Below, piece after piece: positions 13,154-26,758 of a stretch of DNA of 64,000 nt (its first letter is position 1; each line of letters starts with the position of its first letter). Origin of the DNA: Felis catus (lineage: Eukaryota); contig NC_058368.1 in the NCBI RefSeq assembly GCF_018350175.1, positions 28,522,001 to 28,586,000 on the forward strand. The letters are read 5' to 3'. The notes under the pieces are model-generated. The model did not search any database, was not told the DNA's origin, and saw only the letters and a list, made by a program, of their open reading frames with translations. Position numbers and translations under genes: made by a program.

Positions 13154-15225
13154 CCACATTTTGTTCATCCATTCATCTGTTGATCGACATTTGGAATGCT
13201 TCTATCTTTTGGCTATTGTGGATAATACTGCTAGGAATATTCTTGAGACCCTGTTTTTAATTATTTTGGATATATATCCAAAAGTGAAATTATTTTTTTT
13301 AATTTTTTTAATTCAAATTTTAGTTAGCTAACAGTATTTAGTTAGCTAACATCATTGGTTTCAGGAGTAGAATCAGTGATTCATCACTTATATACAACAC
13401 CCAGTGCTGATCACAAGTGCCGTTCTTAATACCCATCACCCATCTAGCCCATCTCTCACCCACCTCCCTCCATCAACCCTCAGTTTGTTTTCTGTCATTA
13501 AGAGTCTCTTGTGTTTTGTTTCTCTCTCTCTTCTCTTCCCCCCCTTCCCATTCATCTGTTTTGTTTCTTAAATTCCACATATGAGTAAAATCATATGGTA
13601 TTTGTCTTTCTCTGATTGACTTATTTCAGTTAGCATAATACATTCTAGCTCCATCCAAATCATTGCAAATGGCAAGACTTCACTCTTTTTGATGGCTTAG
13701 TAATTTTCCATTGTGTATATACCACATCTTTACCCATTCATCAGTCGATAGACATTTGGGCTCTTTCTGTAATTTGGCTATTGTTGACAATGATGCTATA
13801 ATGTTCATTAAGGTGCATATACCCTTTCAAATGTGTATTTTTGATCCTTTGGGTAAATATCTAATAATGCAATTACTGGGTCATAGTGTAGTTCCATTTT
13901 TAGTTTTTTGAGGAACCTCCATACTGTTCTACAGAATGGCTGCACCAGTTTGCATTCCCACCAACAGTGCAAGAAGGTTCCCCTTTCTCCACATCCTCAC
14001 CAACACCTGTTGTTTCTTGTGTTGTTAATTTTAGTCATTCTGACAGGTGTGAGGTGGTATCTCATTGTGGTTTTGATTTGTATTTCCCTGATGCTGAGTG
14101 ATGCTGAGTATCTTTTCATGTGTCTGTTAGCCATCTGGATGTCTTTTTTGGAAAAGTATCTATTCATGTCTTCTGCCCATTTCTTAACTGGGTTATTTGT
14201 TTTTTAGGTGTTGAATTTGATAAGTTCTTTATAGATTTTGGATACCAACCCTTTAACAGACGTGTTTTTTGTAAATATCTTCTCTCACTCCGTAGGCTAC
14301 CTTTTAGTTTTGTTGATTGTTTCCTTCACTGTGCAGAAGCTTTTTCTCTTGATGAAGTCCCAACAGTTCACGTTTGCTTTTGTTTCCCTTTCCTTCAGCA
14401 TCGTGTCTAGTAAGAAGATGCTATGGCCAAGGTCAAAGAGGTTGCTGCTTGTGTTCTTCTGTGGCATTTTGATCGTTTCCTGTCTCATATTTAGGTCTTT
14501 CATCCATTTTGAATTCATTTTTATGTATGGTGGTCCAGTTTTTGTATGGTGGTCCAGTTTTATGTATGGTTCACTCCCCAGAAGTAAAATTACTGGATCA
14601 CATGGTAGTTCTATTTTTAATTTCCTGAGCAACTACTATACTGTTTTCCATAATGGTTGCACCATGTTACATTCTCACCATCACAGCACAAGGATTCCAA
14701 TTTTTCTACATCCTCATCAACCCTTGTTATCTCTTGTCTTTTTTATATTAGTCACCCTAACAGGTGTGAGGCGATATCTCATTGTGGTTTTCATTTGCAT
14801 TTCCCTGATGATGAGTGATACTGAGCACCTATTTATATACCTATTGGCCATTTGTATGTATTTTTTGGGAAAATGTCTATTCAGTTCCTTTGCCCATTTT
14901 TAAATCACATTGTTCGGGCTTTTTTTCTATTGAGTTGTATGAGTTCTATATATATTTTGGATATTAACCCCTTCCCAGATATATGATTTGTAAATACTTT
15001 CTCTCATTTGGTAAATTGCTTTCCTTGTAATGATGGTTTCCTTTGCTGTTACAGATGCTTTTAAGGGCAGCCCCACTTATTTATTTTTGCTTTTGTTGCT
15101 TTTGCTTGCAGTGTCAAATAAAAAAATTACAGCCAAGACTGACATCAAGGAGCTTACCCCCTACACTTTCTTCTAAGAGTTTTATGGTTTCACATCTTAC
15201 AATCAAGTCTTTATTCCATTTTGAA
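12663..15225 (-). mobile_element. Older L1 (L1MA/MB-like) 3' part interrupted by a younger L1
   Basis: L1 3'UTR text at 12663-13290 resumes at 14578 (ccagaagtaaaattactggatcacatggtagttct). Contains a TA/TG/CA microsatellite at about 13007-13152. Confidence 0.85.
13293..14577 (-). mobile_element. Younger carnivore L1, 5'-truncated, nested in older L1
   Basis: Poly-T tail, 3'UTR and ORF2 C-terminal homology. TSD ccaaaagtgaaatta (13278-13292) / ccagaagtaaaatta (14578-14592). Confidence 0.9.
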
Positions 15226-16079
15226 GGACTTTGTGTCCATTTTAAACTACGTTTAAAATCATTTTATAATTGAAGTTTACTGAATGCTTTCTACATGTCA
15301 CCTTTAATTCTTAAAACGTATGAGGTAGTTCTAATTCTTTATGAGGCAGGTATTATTTATTCAGTTCAGAGGAGTGAAGTCACCTGCTCAAGATCAAACA
15401 ACTGATAGCTGGAGGAGGTAACATTTCAACTCCAATGCTTTCTCGCCATAAAACATTAATTTGTAATTATGACTGAAGAAATATACGGATGTCTTACTAT
15501 GTCTTTTAGGTGCTTTCCTTCCTATACCTTAGCTTATCGGCCACGCTATATGAACTAGGCATCGCTGGCCCATTTTACTGAGCAAAACAAAGCACTGAAA
15601 GTTTAAGGGACGTGCGCAAATAATAAGCGACAGAATTCAAAACAGGCCCACTGTCTTCCCACTACGCCACACTGTCTAGTGAAAGAAGCAGAGAAGGCTG
15701 ACACTAGTCAGAAAAAGGTACAGCTGCCACTTTACAGCATTTTGTAACATCATGAGCAACACGTGGAAATGCGGGAAGTTAGACAAAATTATACAAGAAT
15801 GTAACCATCTTGCAGGGTTTTTTCTAAGTGTAAGAGAGACAGTTGAGTTGGGTGACCTCAATTTACTAAATTTATGCTGCTCATATTTTTCCTATGAAAC
15901 TCTATGAAATGGATATTAAGGACTTAACTCTAAGCGTTTGGCTTAATGCCATACATGCTAATGTTCAGCAATGTACATGGAAATTCTTTCTGAACATGTT
16001 CATTTTTTTTCCATACCATGCTTGCAAATAAAATATATTTGTTTATAAAATTTTTAAAGATTGCTCTGAATTGTTTTCA

Positions 16080-16311
16080 TTTTTTAAAAAAATTTTTTAA
16101 TGTTTATTTATTTTTGAGAGAGAGAGAGACAGACAGAATACAAGTGGGAGAGGGGCAGAGAGAGAGAGAGAGGGAGACACAGAATCCGAAGCAGGCTCCA
16201 AGCTCTGAGCTGTCAGCACAGAGCCAGAAGGGGAATTCGAACCCATGAACTGTGAGAACCTGACCTGGGCCAAAGTTGGATGCTCAACTGACTGAACCAC
16301 CCAGGTGCCCC
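16080..16311 (-). mobile_element. Can-SINE
   Basis: Reverse-strand head ...ccaggtgcccc. TSD tgaattgtttt on both sides. Confidence 0.92.
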
Positions 16312-16559
16312 TGAATTGTTTTTTAAAAAAATAATTCTTTTATATTTACAGAGATAACATTATTTTTCATTTCCTTTAACTTAGTCATATGATTTAAAAC
16401 ATTTTTTTCCCTAAAGTACACAAAGATACCTGTTCAATGTATTGAGTTTAGGAAAAGTTAATTATCTTACTAAATACCTAATATTCATTCATTTACTAAA
16501 TACACATTGAGCTCCAGCTATGTGCCAGAAATGGCCTTAGCTGCCAGGATATATTATGG

Positions 16560-19260
16560 ACCTTTGAATGTGACTTTTTCATGAAAAAGAAATGCACATT
16601 CTGCTGTTGGATTGAGTGCTCTCTGCAAGATTCAGTCAGATCAGATTGATTAATAGTGGTAGTCAAGTCTTAATATCCTTAATGATTTTTTTACTTGTTC
16701 TAGCAGTTATTGGGAAAGGGGTGCTAAAATTTCTAAATAGAATTGTAAATTTGGGCATTTCTCCATTCAGATCACTTTTTGTTTCATATATTTTAAAGCT
16801 GTTATTAGCTGCATACACATTTAGGAATTTTAAGTCTTCTTAATGAACTGACCACTTTATTATATGTAATGTACCTTTTTACTCCTTATAATAGTTCCTG
16901 TTCTGAAGTCTATTTTGTCTGACATTAATATAACAACTGTAGCCTACTTTTGATTAACATTTGCATGGTATACCTTTTCCCATTCTTTTACATTTAACAC
17001 ATTTGTATCTTTATATTTAAAGCAGGTTTCTTAGAAACAGTAAATAATTGGGCTGTGTCTATTTACCCAGCCTAGCAATTCATTCAAAAGAGAGTATTTA
17101 GAACATTTACATTTAATGTCATTACCGATATAATGAGGTTTAAGTCTACCATTTGCTATTTGTTTTAATTGGTCTCACCCGTTCTTTGTTACTCTTCCCC
17201 CTTTTTTCTTGTCTTCTTTGATATTAAATGAATATTGTCTAGGATCCAATTTAATCTCCATTTATTGACTTATTAGTTATGTGTCTGTTTTTAGGGCTTT
17301 GTATTTTTTAAAGTGGTTTCTCTATTGTTTACCACATACATATTTAATTGATCACAGTGTACACTTAGATATTACTTTCTTTTCATGAGAATCTCACAAT
17401 GGGGGCATCCAGTTCCTTCCAACCCCCCTCCTTTGTGCTACTTCTATCTTACATTTTATTTCCACATATGTTACAAGCTCCACAACACACTATTAGTTTT
17501 GCTTTTAAAGGGCCCATTATCCTCTAAGTTTTTAAAAAGAGCATGAAAACAAGTCTTCTGTATTTACCCATATACTATTTCTGATGTTCTTCATTCCTTT
17601 CTGCACTTCTAAATTTTCATCTGGTACTATTTTGCTTTTGCCTGGAGAGTTTCCTTTAACAGTTCTTTCAGTGTGGGTCTCTTGATGATGAATTTTCTTG
17701 GTGTTTGTCCAAAAGACTTTATTTTACCCTCATTTTTGAAAGACTTTTGCTGGGCAGACAATTCTAGGTTAACATGTGTTTCCTTTCAGCAATTTAAAGA
17801 TGTCACTCTATTGTCTCCTGGCTAGCATAGTTTCTGTTGAGGTCTGCTACAATTCTTATCTTTGTTCCACATACAATTTTTCTTTTTTCTCTGGCTGGTT
17901 TTAGGATTTTCTCTGTGCCACTGGTTTTACAAGTTAATTTTGATGTGTCTTGGTGTCATTTTCCTCATAATTTTTCTCCTTGGGGTTTATTGAGTTTCCT
18001 GGATCTGTATGTTTAGCTTTCATTAAATTTGGAAAAACTGTGGCCATTGTTTCTTCAAATACGTTCTCTGTTTCTCTTCTCTCTTGCTCTTCTCCTATTG
18101 GGATTCCAGTTATACATATGTTTTAAGTGTGATATTGTCCCACAGCTCATTGAAAAAAAATGAGCAAAGCATCAACTCTTTACTCTTGATTTATATTAGG
18201 TATTTAAGTTTATGTCTTCAAATTCACGAATCTTTTCTTCTATAGTATCTAATCTGTTGTTAATCCCACTCAGGGTTTTGTTTGTTTTTTTTTTTTTTCA
18301 TTTCAGATATTGTATTTCTCATCACTAGAAGTTGTGTTTAAGTCCTTTTTTGTATTTTCCATTCCTCTTCTCATCATGTTCCTGGTTTTCTCTGCCTCCT
18401 TACACAAATGCAGCATACTTATAATAATTATTTCAATGACTATTGGCCAACTCTATCATCTCTTTCATTTGAGGTTCAGTTTCTATTACTTTTTTCTGCT
18501 GTTTAAAGGTCCAATTTTCCTGCTTTTGTAGACCAGGTAACCTTTTTATTAGATATTGGAGATTATGAATTTTGTCATTGGGATCTGGAATTCGTTGTAT
18601 TCCTTTAACTATCATTGGGTTTTGTAGTGGAATACAATTAAATTAATTTGAGACTGACTTGTAAGCTTTATAATGGCATGTCCAGAGCAGCCTTAAGCCT
18701 AGGGCTAATTAGTTCCCATTATTGAGGCAATATCCTTCTGAGGATTCTACCTGATATCCTGTGTATTATCATTTCTTTCCACTCTCTCCAGTGAGAAAAT
18801 AATCTATTCTCAGCTCTGTATGAGCTCTGAGTATGGTTTTGCCTACTCCTTTCTGGTGTTTCTTTCTCCTGTACATGCACTGACTAATTCTCGGTCAAAG
18901 ACTCAAGAGGACTCAACAGATCTCTTCAGCTTTCTCTCTGTGCAGCTCCCACCCCCTTCAGGAATTTTCCCCCACAAACTCTAACGCCTCCTCAAACTCT
19001 GAACTCTGTTTCTTCAACTCAGCAAGAACACAGAACATTCTTTGGGTTTCCCCTCCAGCACTGTGGCCTGGAAACTCTTCTCTAGGCAGTAAGTTGAGGC
19101 ACTCATGGAGCTCACATCTTGGTTTCCACACACCCCTTCCCCCTTTCTCTAAGGGATCACTGTCATGTGCTGTCTGTTGTCTGAAGACCATTGTTTAGTA
19201 TGGCTTTTTAAGGAGGGCAGTCTCTTTTACTCCATCATGGCCAAAAGTAAACTGTTTTCT
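16560..19260 (-). mobile_element. Ancient L1 (L1M-type) 5' half: endonuclease/ORF1/5' region, degraded
   Basis: T-rich 2.7 kb with L1 antisense motifs (ttctgaagtctattttgtctgacattaatata; tttcagcaatttaaagatgtcactctattgtctcctggc; gccattgtttcttcaaatac). Confidence 0.75.
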
Positions 19261-19997
19261 TGTTATTGATTTAATTTTTCATCTCTTTAAGCAACTGTTT
19301 GTATCAAATCAATTTTAAATGAACATACTATAACTCATGTTTGCTTAAGGAAGAAAGTTAGAGTTGGGGAAATATGTATATTAGAGCAACTTTTTCATCA
19401 GTGCATAAAAATATTGAAGAGTAAAACAAGAATCTTCTGCTTCACTGTAGTCACTCATTAATAAACACTTACTGAATATCTGATTATATCTAAGCAATGC
19501 TTTAGGCACAAAGATTGATACAAAGATGCATGAAATATCTTTGTTCTTATTGCTCTTATAAGAAACTGAAAGTCTAATAGGTGAGATAAAAAAAATAGAT
19601 ATCACACATACATACCAGTATATAGTAAATGTTTTTGGAAAGGTATTTCTTAAGAGTTACAGAAATTCATAGAGGAAAGGGATAACTCAGACTATGGACT
19701 TTAGAGATACCTGGATTTTTCAAGAGTTGAAATAATTTCTTAAAAGCCATTATTTCATCTGCCTACACTAGCTTCAAAAAAAAAAAAAAAAAAGCATAGA
19801 ACTGTGTTTCACAGTCTTAAATCCTGGCGGCACTGTTTTGTTTTCTTTGAAAATGTTGCTTTGACTTTACATTTTTCCCCCCAAACATCCATTCCATCCA
19901 TATAAAAGACTGCTCTGCTGCAAAACTTCCATCTTTGATGATTTTTTTTTAACATTTCAAGATGCTTGCTGTATCATAGCAGCCTCACTGCTTCTAA

Positions 19998-20219
19998 TGT
20001 TTATTTAAAAATAATGTTTATTCAAAAATGAGGGGGAAAGAGAGAAACAGAATGTGGACAGGGCAGGGGCAGAGAGAGAGGGAGACATAGAATCCAAAGC
20101 AGACTCCAGGCTCCGAGCTGTCAGCACAGAGCCTGATGCAGGGCTCGAACTCATGAACTGTGAGATCATGGCTTGAGCCGAAGTCAGATGGTCTATGGAC
20201 TGAGCCACCCCGTCGCCCC
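19998..20219 (-). mobile_element. Can-SINE
   Basis: Reverse-complement SINE body and head. Confidence 0.9.
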
Positions 20220-22399
20220 ATGCAGCTTCATTGCTTCTATTTTGACAACAGTCAGGACTGTCAAACTAACTACTGCCATGAACTCCAATTCACAATCACT
20301 GTACTTTCCCCACATCAATATATCCCAAAGTATATTCCGTGGAGCATGGCCATCTTGGGAAGTTTATGGAGGCAGGATGGCCATTATTCTGTGGAGGAGG
20401 AGGATGGAAGAAGGGAATACTTGAGACTATTTTGTTCACATATATTTTACAAATATGACATGTTATACTGATTTACAAATAGTTGTTATAATCCCAAAGC
20501 TTCCAGATGCCCTATAAATATAATGTTGGTCAGTATCCCCTAGCTATGACTCAGTTGCCATTACAACCTATTTCTGCTGACACTTTTATCATTTCATCCT
20601 ATCATTTACATTAATATAACCTAAATTTGCATTTTTTTCTTATGTTGTAGCATATGTGAAATTCATAAAATGAATCACTAGCTCAAAATGGATGACTGCT
20701 GGATATTTAAAAGTAGGGATAAAAATAGAAGCATAAAGTACCATGAGCAAAAATAGTAAACAGAAGTCCAGGGTGCATACACAATAGCCATTTATGGGAT
20801 TAAAGGTTATTTTATATTAACAAAGAGCAAGCATTATGAAAACTGTCACCGGTTAATAACACAGGATAACTTTGGACCACTAACTAAATGTTAGTGGACC
20901 ACCACTAAATGTTAGGACCACTAACATTTATTTTCCAAAGTTGCTATACTTCTCTGTTCTACTCAGAACCTAGACAAATATAAAATCTTTGTCATTTTGT
21001 CAGAACATTGCTAACCCAAATTATTATAGGTATATTACAGGAAATAAAAATCTAGCATGTTTAAACTACTAGTCTGAAAAAAAAAATCAAATCTTTAGCT
21101 ATCCTTCTACAGCCTACACAGGATATTTTTAACTGTAAAATTATATTCTAAGAATACATTGGTTGGGTCAAACATAACCATAAAGGTTATTTTAATATTT
21201 GTTCAGAGTGAAAAGAATATAGGCGATGCCCTATTATGCTAAAGCTTAAATACAGTAACATACATTTTTCAAGGTAACTACACCTTATTATGTTTATATA
21301 AAGTTAACCTTAGTGTCAGTTTTTTTAAATAGTAAAACTCTTTAAGATGAATGAGGCTATTGTGAATAACTTCCTGAAAAAATCTTGGTAGCTTTAAATA
21401 TTTACACCTAAACTAAAAACATACAAGCACTCTTATATACAACACTGAATAGCAGATGGGATCATTTCCTACAACGTGGTAGCAAAGAAAAAAAGAACAG
21501 ATTGTACTATTTCTGTTTGGACAGCAATAAAACGAAGAGCAAAGAACTTCTAAGATATACCTATGAATAAATAATTCAAAAAATGTTTTTCCTTAAATCA
21601 CGTTAGGTGCAAACGTTCATAAACATGTAAAGTACATGTATGTATAAGTGTATGTTTTTTATATTATATTAAATATTTAATATGTTTACATAAATATGGG
21701 TGACAAGGAGCTCTTTCACTTTGTAGAGATCGTTGTGAAAGTTTGGGTATCAGTTTCTATTATGGCGGATGAGTTCGAGCCCTGCATCTGCTCGTGTATT
21801 TGGTCCTCTGCTGTGGTCACTGCCTCGATCTGGAATGCCCAGGCTGCCTCCTCTCTGTGTCCTTCATGCTCTTTAAAACTGCTGTTAACACTAACTCTGG
21901 TTTTCTTTCTTACTGTGTATAATTCTTGAGAAAATATGAAGAGTTTCTGGTTTGTTCGATTCCTTTCACTCTTTCTGTCTCTGTCTCTCTTTTTTTTCCG
22001 CTTGTTTTGTTTTCGGTATTTTCCTTAGCTTTTAAAGACCGAGAAAGCGGTCCGTCCTAGCTCAGGCACCCTAGAAAACAACCAAGCCCCAGTAGCAAGA
22101 GTTAAAGATTAAGTGAGGAAAGGAAATAGGGTCTGAAAAAAGAAGAGAGTGGGTTAATGTGCCAGTCATGGATTCTCAACGTGTTCCTCGGGGAAGCCGG
22201 AGAGAGCCCAGAGCAGACTGCAGGGGAGAGGGCTGGGCCCTATCCCTACCCCTGGCCACTGCAGGTCAGTGGGTTACCCACCCCCCCCCCCCCCTAACTG
22301 GGCAAAGCCCACTCCCAGGCCCCTCCCACAGGGCGCCCCCTGCCGGGCCGCAGCGACAACACTAGGTGAGGTGGGACTGTGAATCTGGGGAGTCCAGGC

Positions 22400-23090
22400 A
22401 CTAACAAAGGCCATCGATCTGTTAAGCAAATGTATTTAGAAAAACGCGAGCCAGGTTTCTTATTCTCCGAGAAGGGAGAAAACTTAAAAGGTGTGGTGTT
22501 GGATTGAAATGAAGAATACCAGTGTGAAACTATGGTTTTCAATATGAACAGATACACGAATAAATACGACGTAAATGTGCCCGTAACTCTGGCCATTGAG
22601 GGATGCTGGCAAGAGTATCACTGCAACAGCAGCGAACCTACCTGCTACTCAGATCTTGATTTCTAAATTCTATTCTCCTTTTAAGGAACTAGAGCTTCTT
22701 GGAGAAGGGGCTTATTTCAAGGCTAGGGAAAGGAAAGAACAAGATGAACCTGGGATATCTCGTCATATCAGAGAGTAGACTTAAGTAGACTACTACTTAA
22801 GGAGTGCTTAAGAATGATGGGGACCTACCAGAAGAACAGAGAAACTAAGCTGAGGGGGCCGCTACTGGATGCTCTAAGAATTCAGGCATCAAAATAAAGA
22901 ACAGTAATGGTGTATAACCCACTGAGCAAAATAGGAAGTCGTGAGTCCACATGGACATACACAAAAATAAATTTTAAAATCAATGGAAAGAAGAGAAAGC
23001 ATTTCCTTAGGATGGCAACTAAAAAATACAGAAAGAATAATTAAATTAGAGAAGCCACTTGGCATATATCATAGTCATTAGTCAAAAAAA
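22400..23090 (+). mobile_element. L1MC/L1MD-type 3'UTR fragment
   Basis: gagccaggtttctt...gtggtgttggattg...cagatcttgatttctaaat...aaggaactagagcttcttggagaa matches my recollection of L1MD 3' ends. Confidence 0.7.
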
Positions 23091-23133
23091 AAATTATCTC
23101 TAGCATTTAAAGATATTTATATAAAATGATAAA

Positions 23134-23332
23134 ATTTTTAATGTTTCTTATTTTATTTTTGAGAGAGAGCACATGAGAGCAGGGTAGGGGCAGAGAGAGG
23201 GAGACAGAGGATCCAAAGCATGCTCTAAGCTGTCAGCACAGAGTCTGATGTGGGGCTCGAACTCATGAACCTGTGAGACCATGACAAGAGCCGGAGTCAG
23301 ACGCTTCACCGACTGAGCCACCCACGCATCCC
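23134..23332 (-). mobile_element. Can-SINE
   Basis: Reverse SINE. TSD-like taaaatga(t/c)aa. Confidence 0.9.
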
Positions 23333-25384
23333 TAAAATGACAATTTCTTTTTTAATGAATAATGATCTGAACTGTGTTTTCCAGCATGGTGTGGCTTAAG
23401 AAGCATAAAAACTAGTAGTAAGACTCTGGCTCAGAGGCTCTGCCTCATCCTCAGCTACTTCTCTGATTGTTAGTTTCCTCATTGTAAAGGGATACGGACT
23501 AGATTCATGGTTCTAAGCTGTTAAATTCAAGAGAGCCTTTTTTTTTTTCCAAAATAAAATCTTACAGCAAACTATAATGTGTAAAATTCAGATAAATAGC
23601 TTGGGAATAAAATTTTCTGAGGAAAATTTAAGTAAAAATGGGTATACTTAATAGAAAATGCTCAGAAATCAGGAGCTTCCAGACTTCAAAAACCAATGTA
23701 GAGGGAGGGAAAAAGAGTCATAAATGATTCTGTTACAACTTAATATTGCAGATCTGACATTAACAATAGTAAAGTTTACTGTGATTTCCATAGCACAGTG
23801 GTTATCAAGATCGCCTAACAATAGTCAAGTTTAGTGGCTTTCCCAGAACCTAAAACTTTTAAGGGAAATTTCTGACAGATGAGTTGACCCATAAATTAGT
23901 TTCAAAAAATATTTTTAAGAACTGGAAATAGTTCATTTGTTTTTTATTATATCAAACATAATTCTCAAAGTATTTCCCCAGGATATTGCCTAGTTATGGG
24001 CTGATACTGGAAGTCACAAAGTACTAATTAAGGAAAATCCAAGCTGGGAAGGAACTTAAGGGTCACCCATTCCAACTTTCTATTCCAGAGGACAGAAACA
24101 TTTCATTTAACAAGTGCTCAGCCACCTATATGATGGGAAACTCAGCATCTCATAAGGTACAGAGCAAATCTGGAACTGAAAAGTTACATGACTTCCCTAA
24201 TATTCTTACACTTGATCTGAGAAACATTAGCTATTATATGTAATGCACTACATCAAAAAACATAAAGAAAGAAGGCACCAGTAGGTGAAGATAAAGAAAT
24301 CTAAATCACAGTGTTAAATAGAAAAATTTCTATTTGGGGATAGAGAAAACTAAGCCATTATTTAACTTCAAGGATAAAGAACAAACTATTCAGGTATCCA
24401 GAAAGAAAAAGCAATGTGGGAAAATCAGGTTGTTCCCAGATTTTTCCACAATAAAAAAGTCAGAAGACAATGAAACAAAATTTGGAGGGAAGAAAAATGG
24501 GACTCAACAATATTATATACAGCCAAATTATCCATGTATAAAGACCACAGACATTCTCAAATCTAAAAAAACTAAACTAAAAAAACAAAACAAACAAACA
24601 AACAAAAAAAAATAAAAACAAACAAAAAACATGAGCTATTCTTGAAAATATTTGTAGGTATGAGACAGCTGTGATAGCAAGACAGGTGCTTCCAGAAACA
24701 GCATCAGCTTCCTGATCTCTGGATGGCACCAGTGGTGGCCTCTGATTTGTATTCCCCCAAACTCAGGGACTTTGTAAGGACCCAATTCCCTGAATTAAGT
24801 CTCTTTCTACTTAAAATATCTAGAATGTTTTGTTTACCTAATTGAAACCTTGCTGACACAGCACTTTACTACATTCATTTTGATTCTTTACAGTTGCATG
24901 TTGTATCATACTTATTTTTGCAAAAGCAATAACAGTGATTTTTGTTCAAGCAAATAAAAAACATGGAAGCAAACAGGACAAGACATTCACACTTTTTAAT
25001 TCTGGATGGTAGCATATGAAAGACTATTGCCTTTTGCTTTTTAAATTCCTTTTTCCAGAAATATGCCTGCTTTAAAGAAATAAATAGCTCGTTTTAGCTG
25101 CAGAGTAGAAATAGGATTATAGGGAAGCAAGGCTGGAATCAGGAAAACCATTTAGCAAGCTGACGCGATAATCCCAAACTACCCTTGCATCCCACACTAT
25201 AGCTAGGTATTTTTATCCTAATTCTATCTGGTGGAAACAGAAGTAAATGACATATAAATCTGGATGGTCATCAGGCCTTTCTATTTCCTTTAGCTACAAC
25301 AGCAGATGAATGCCTTGAACCGAAAGTCAAACTAGACCAAGAGGTTTTACTCACTTACTTACTTACTTATTTACTTATTTATTT

Positions 25385-25423
25385 AAAGATTTATTTTTAA
25401 AATTTTTAAAATATTTATTTATT

Positions 25424-25467
<44 letters not shown>

Positions 25468-25626
25468 CAAGCAGGGCTGGGGAAGAGAGAGAGGGAGGTA
25501 CAGAATCTTAAGAAGGCTCCAGGCTCTGAGCTGTCAGCACAGAGCCCAGCACAGGGCTCAAACCCAAGAACAGTGAGATCATGAGCCAAAGTCAGATGCT
25601 TAACTGACTGAGCCACCAGGCACCCC
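25385..25626 (-). mobile_element. Can-SINE with (GA)n expansion
   Basis: Reverse SINE, (GA)n at about 25426-25463. Confidence 0.92.
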
Positions 25627-25641
25627 TTTATTTAATTATTT

Positions 25642-25862
25642 AAAAAAAATTTTTTTTTTCAACGTTTATTTATTTTTGGGACAGAGAGAGACAGAGCATG
25701 AGCAGGGGAGGGGCAGAGAGAGAGGGAGACACAGAATCAGAAACAGGCTCCAGGCTCTGAGCCATCAGCCCAGAGCCTGACGCGGGGCTCGAACTCACGG
25801 ACCGCGAGATCGTGACCTGGCTGAAGTCGGACGCTTAACTGACTGCGCCACCCAGGCGCCCC
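25642..25862 (-). mobile_element. Young felid Can-SINE
   Basis: CpG-rich young copy. TSD tatttaattattt at 25629-25641 and 25863-25875. Confidence 0.95.
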
Positions 25863-26758
25863 TATTTAATTATTTTTTAATTTAAATCCAGGTTAGTTAA
25901 CATACAATGTAATAATAATTTCAGGAGTAGCATCTAGTGATTCATCACTTACATATAACACCCCGTGCTCATCCCAACAAGTGTCCTCCATAATGTCCTA
26001 TCACCCCTTTAGCCCTTTCCCCCACCCAGCACCCCGCCAACAACTCTCAGTTTGTTCTCTGTAAATAAGAATCTCTTACAGTTTGTCTCCCTCTCTGTTT
26101 TTATATTATTTTTGCTTCCCTTCCCTTATCTTCATCTGTTTTGTATCTTAAATTTCACATGAGTGAAATCATATGATATTTGTCTTTCTCTGACTGATTT
26201 CACTTAGCATAAATACACCCTAATTCTATCCACGTTGTTGCAAATGACAAGATTTCATTCTTTTTGATCACCAAGTAATATTCCATTGTATGTATATGAA
26301 TATGTGTATATGTGTATATCTTCTTTATCCATTCATTAGTCGACAGACATTTGGGCTCTTTCCATACTTTGGCTATTGTTGATAGTGCTGCTGTATACAT
26401 TGAGGTGTATGTGCCCCTTCGAAACAGCACACCTGTATCCCTTAAATAAATACCTACTAGTGCAGCTGGGTTGTAGGGTCGTTCTATTTTTAACTTTTTG
26501 AGGAACCTCCACACTGTTTTCCAGAATGGCTGCACCAGTTTGCATTCCCACCAGCAGTACAAAAGAGATCCTCCTTCTCCGCATCCTCACCAACATCTGT
26601 TGTTGCCTGAGTTGTTACCGTTAGCCATTCTGACAGGAGTGAGGTGGTATCTCATTGTGGTTTTGATTTGTATTTCCCTGATGATGAGTGATGTTGAGCA
26701 TTTTTTCATGTGTCTGTTAGCCATATGGATGTCTTCTTTGGAAAACTGTCTATTCATC
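25863..26758 (-). mobile_element. 5'-truncated carnivore L1 (3' end)
   Basis: Minus ORF 26200-26562 translates to the L1 ORF2 C-terminus ([25 protein letters not shown]). 3'UTR and T-rich tail at left. Confidence 0.93.

Noticed and set aside
21715..22026. Stop-free minus-strand frame of about 100 codons (GKYRKQNKRKKKRDRDRKSE...TISTK*)
   Set aside because: No early ATG, no convincing splice acceptor, partly low-complexity, and no recognisable homology. Noted only as part of the CpG patch.
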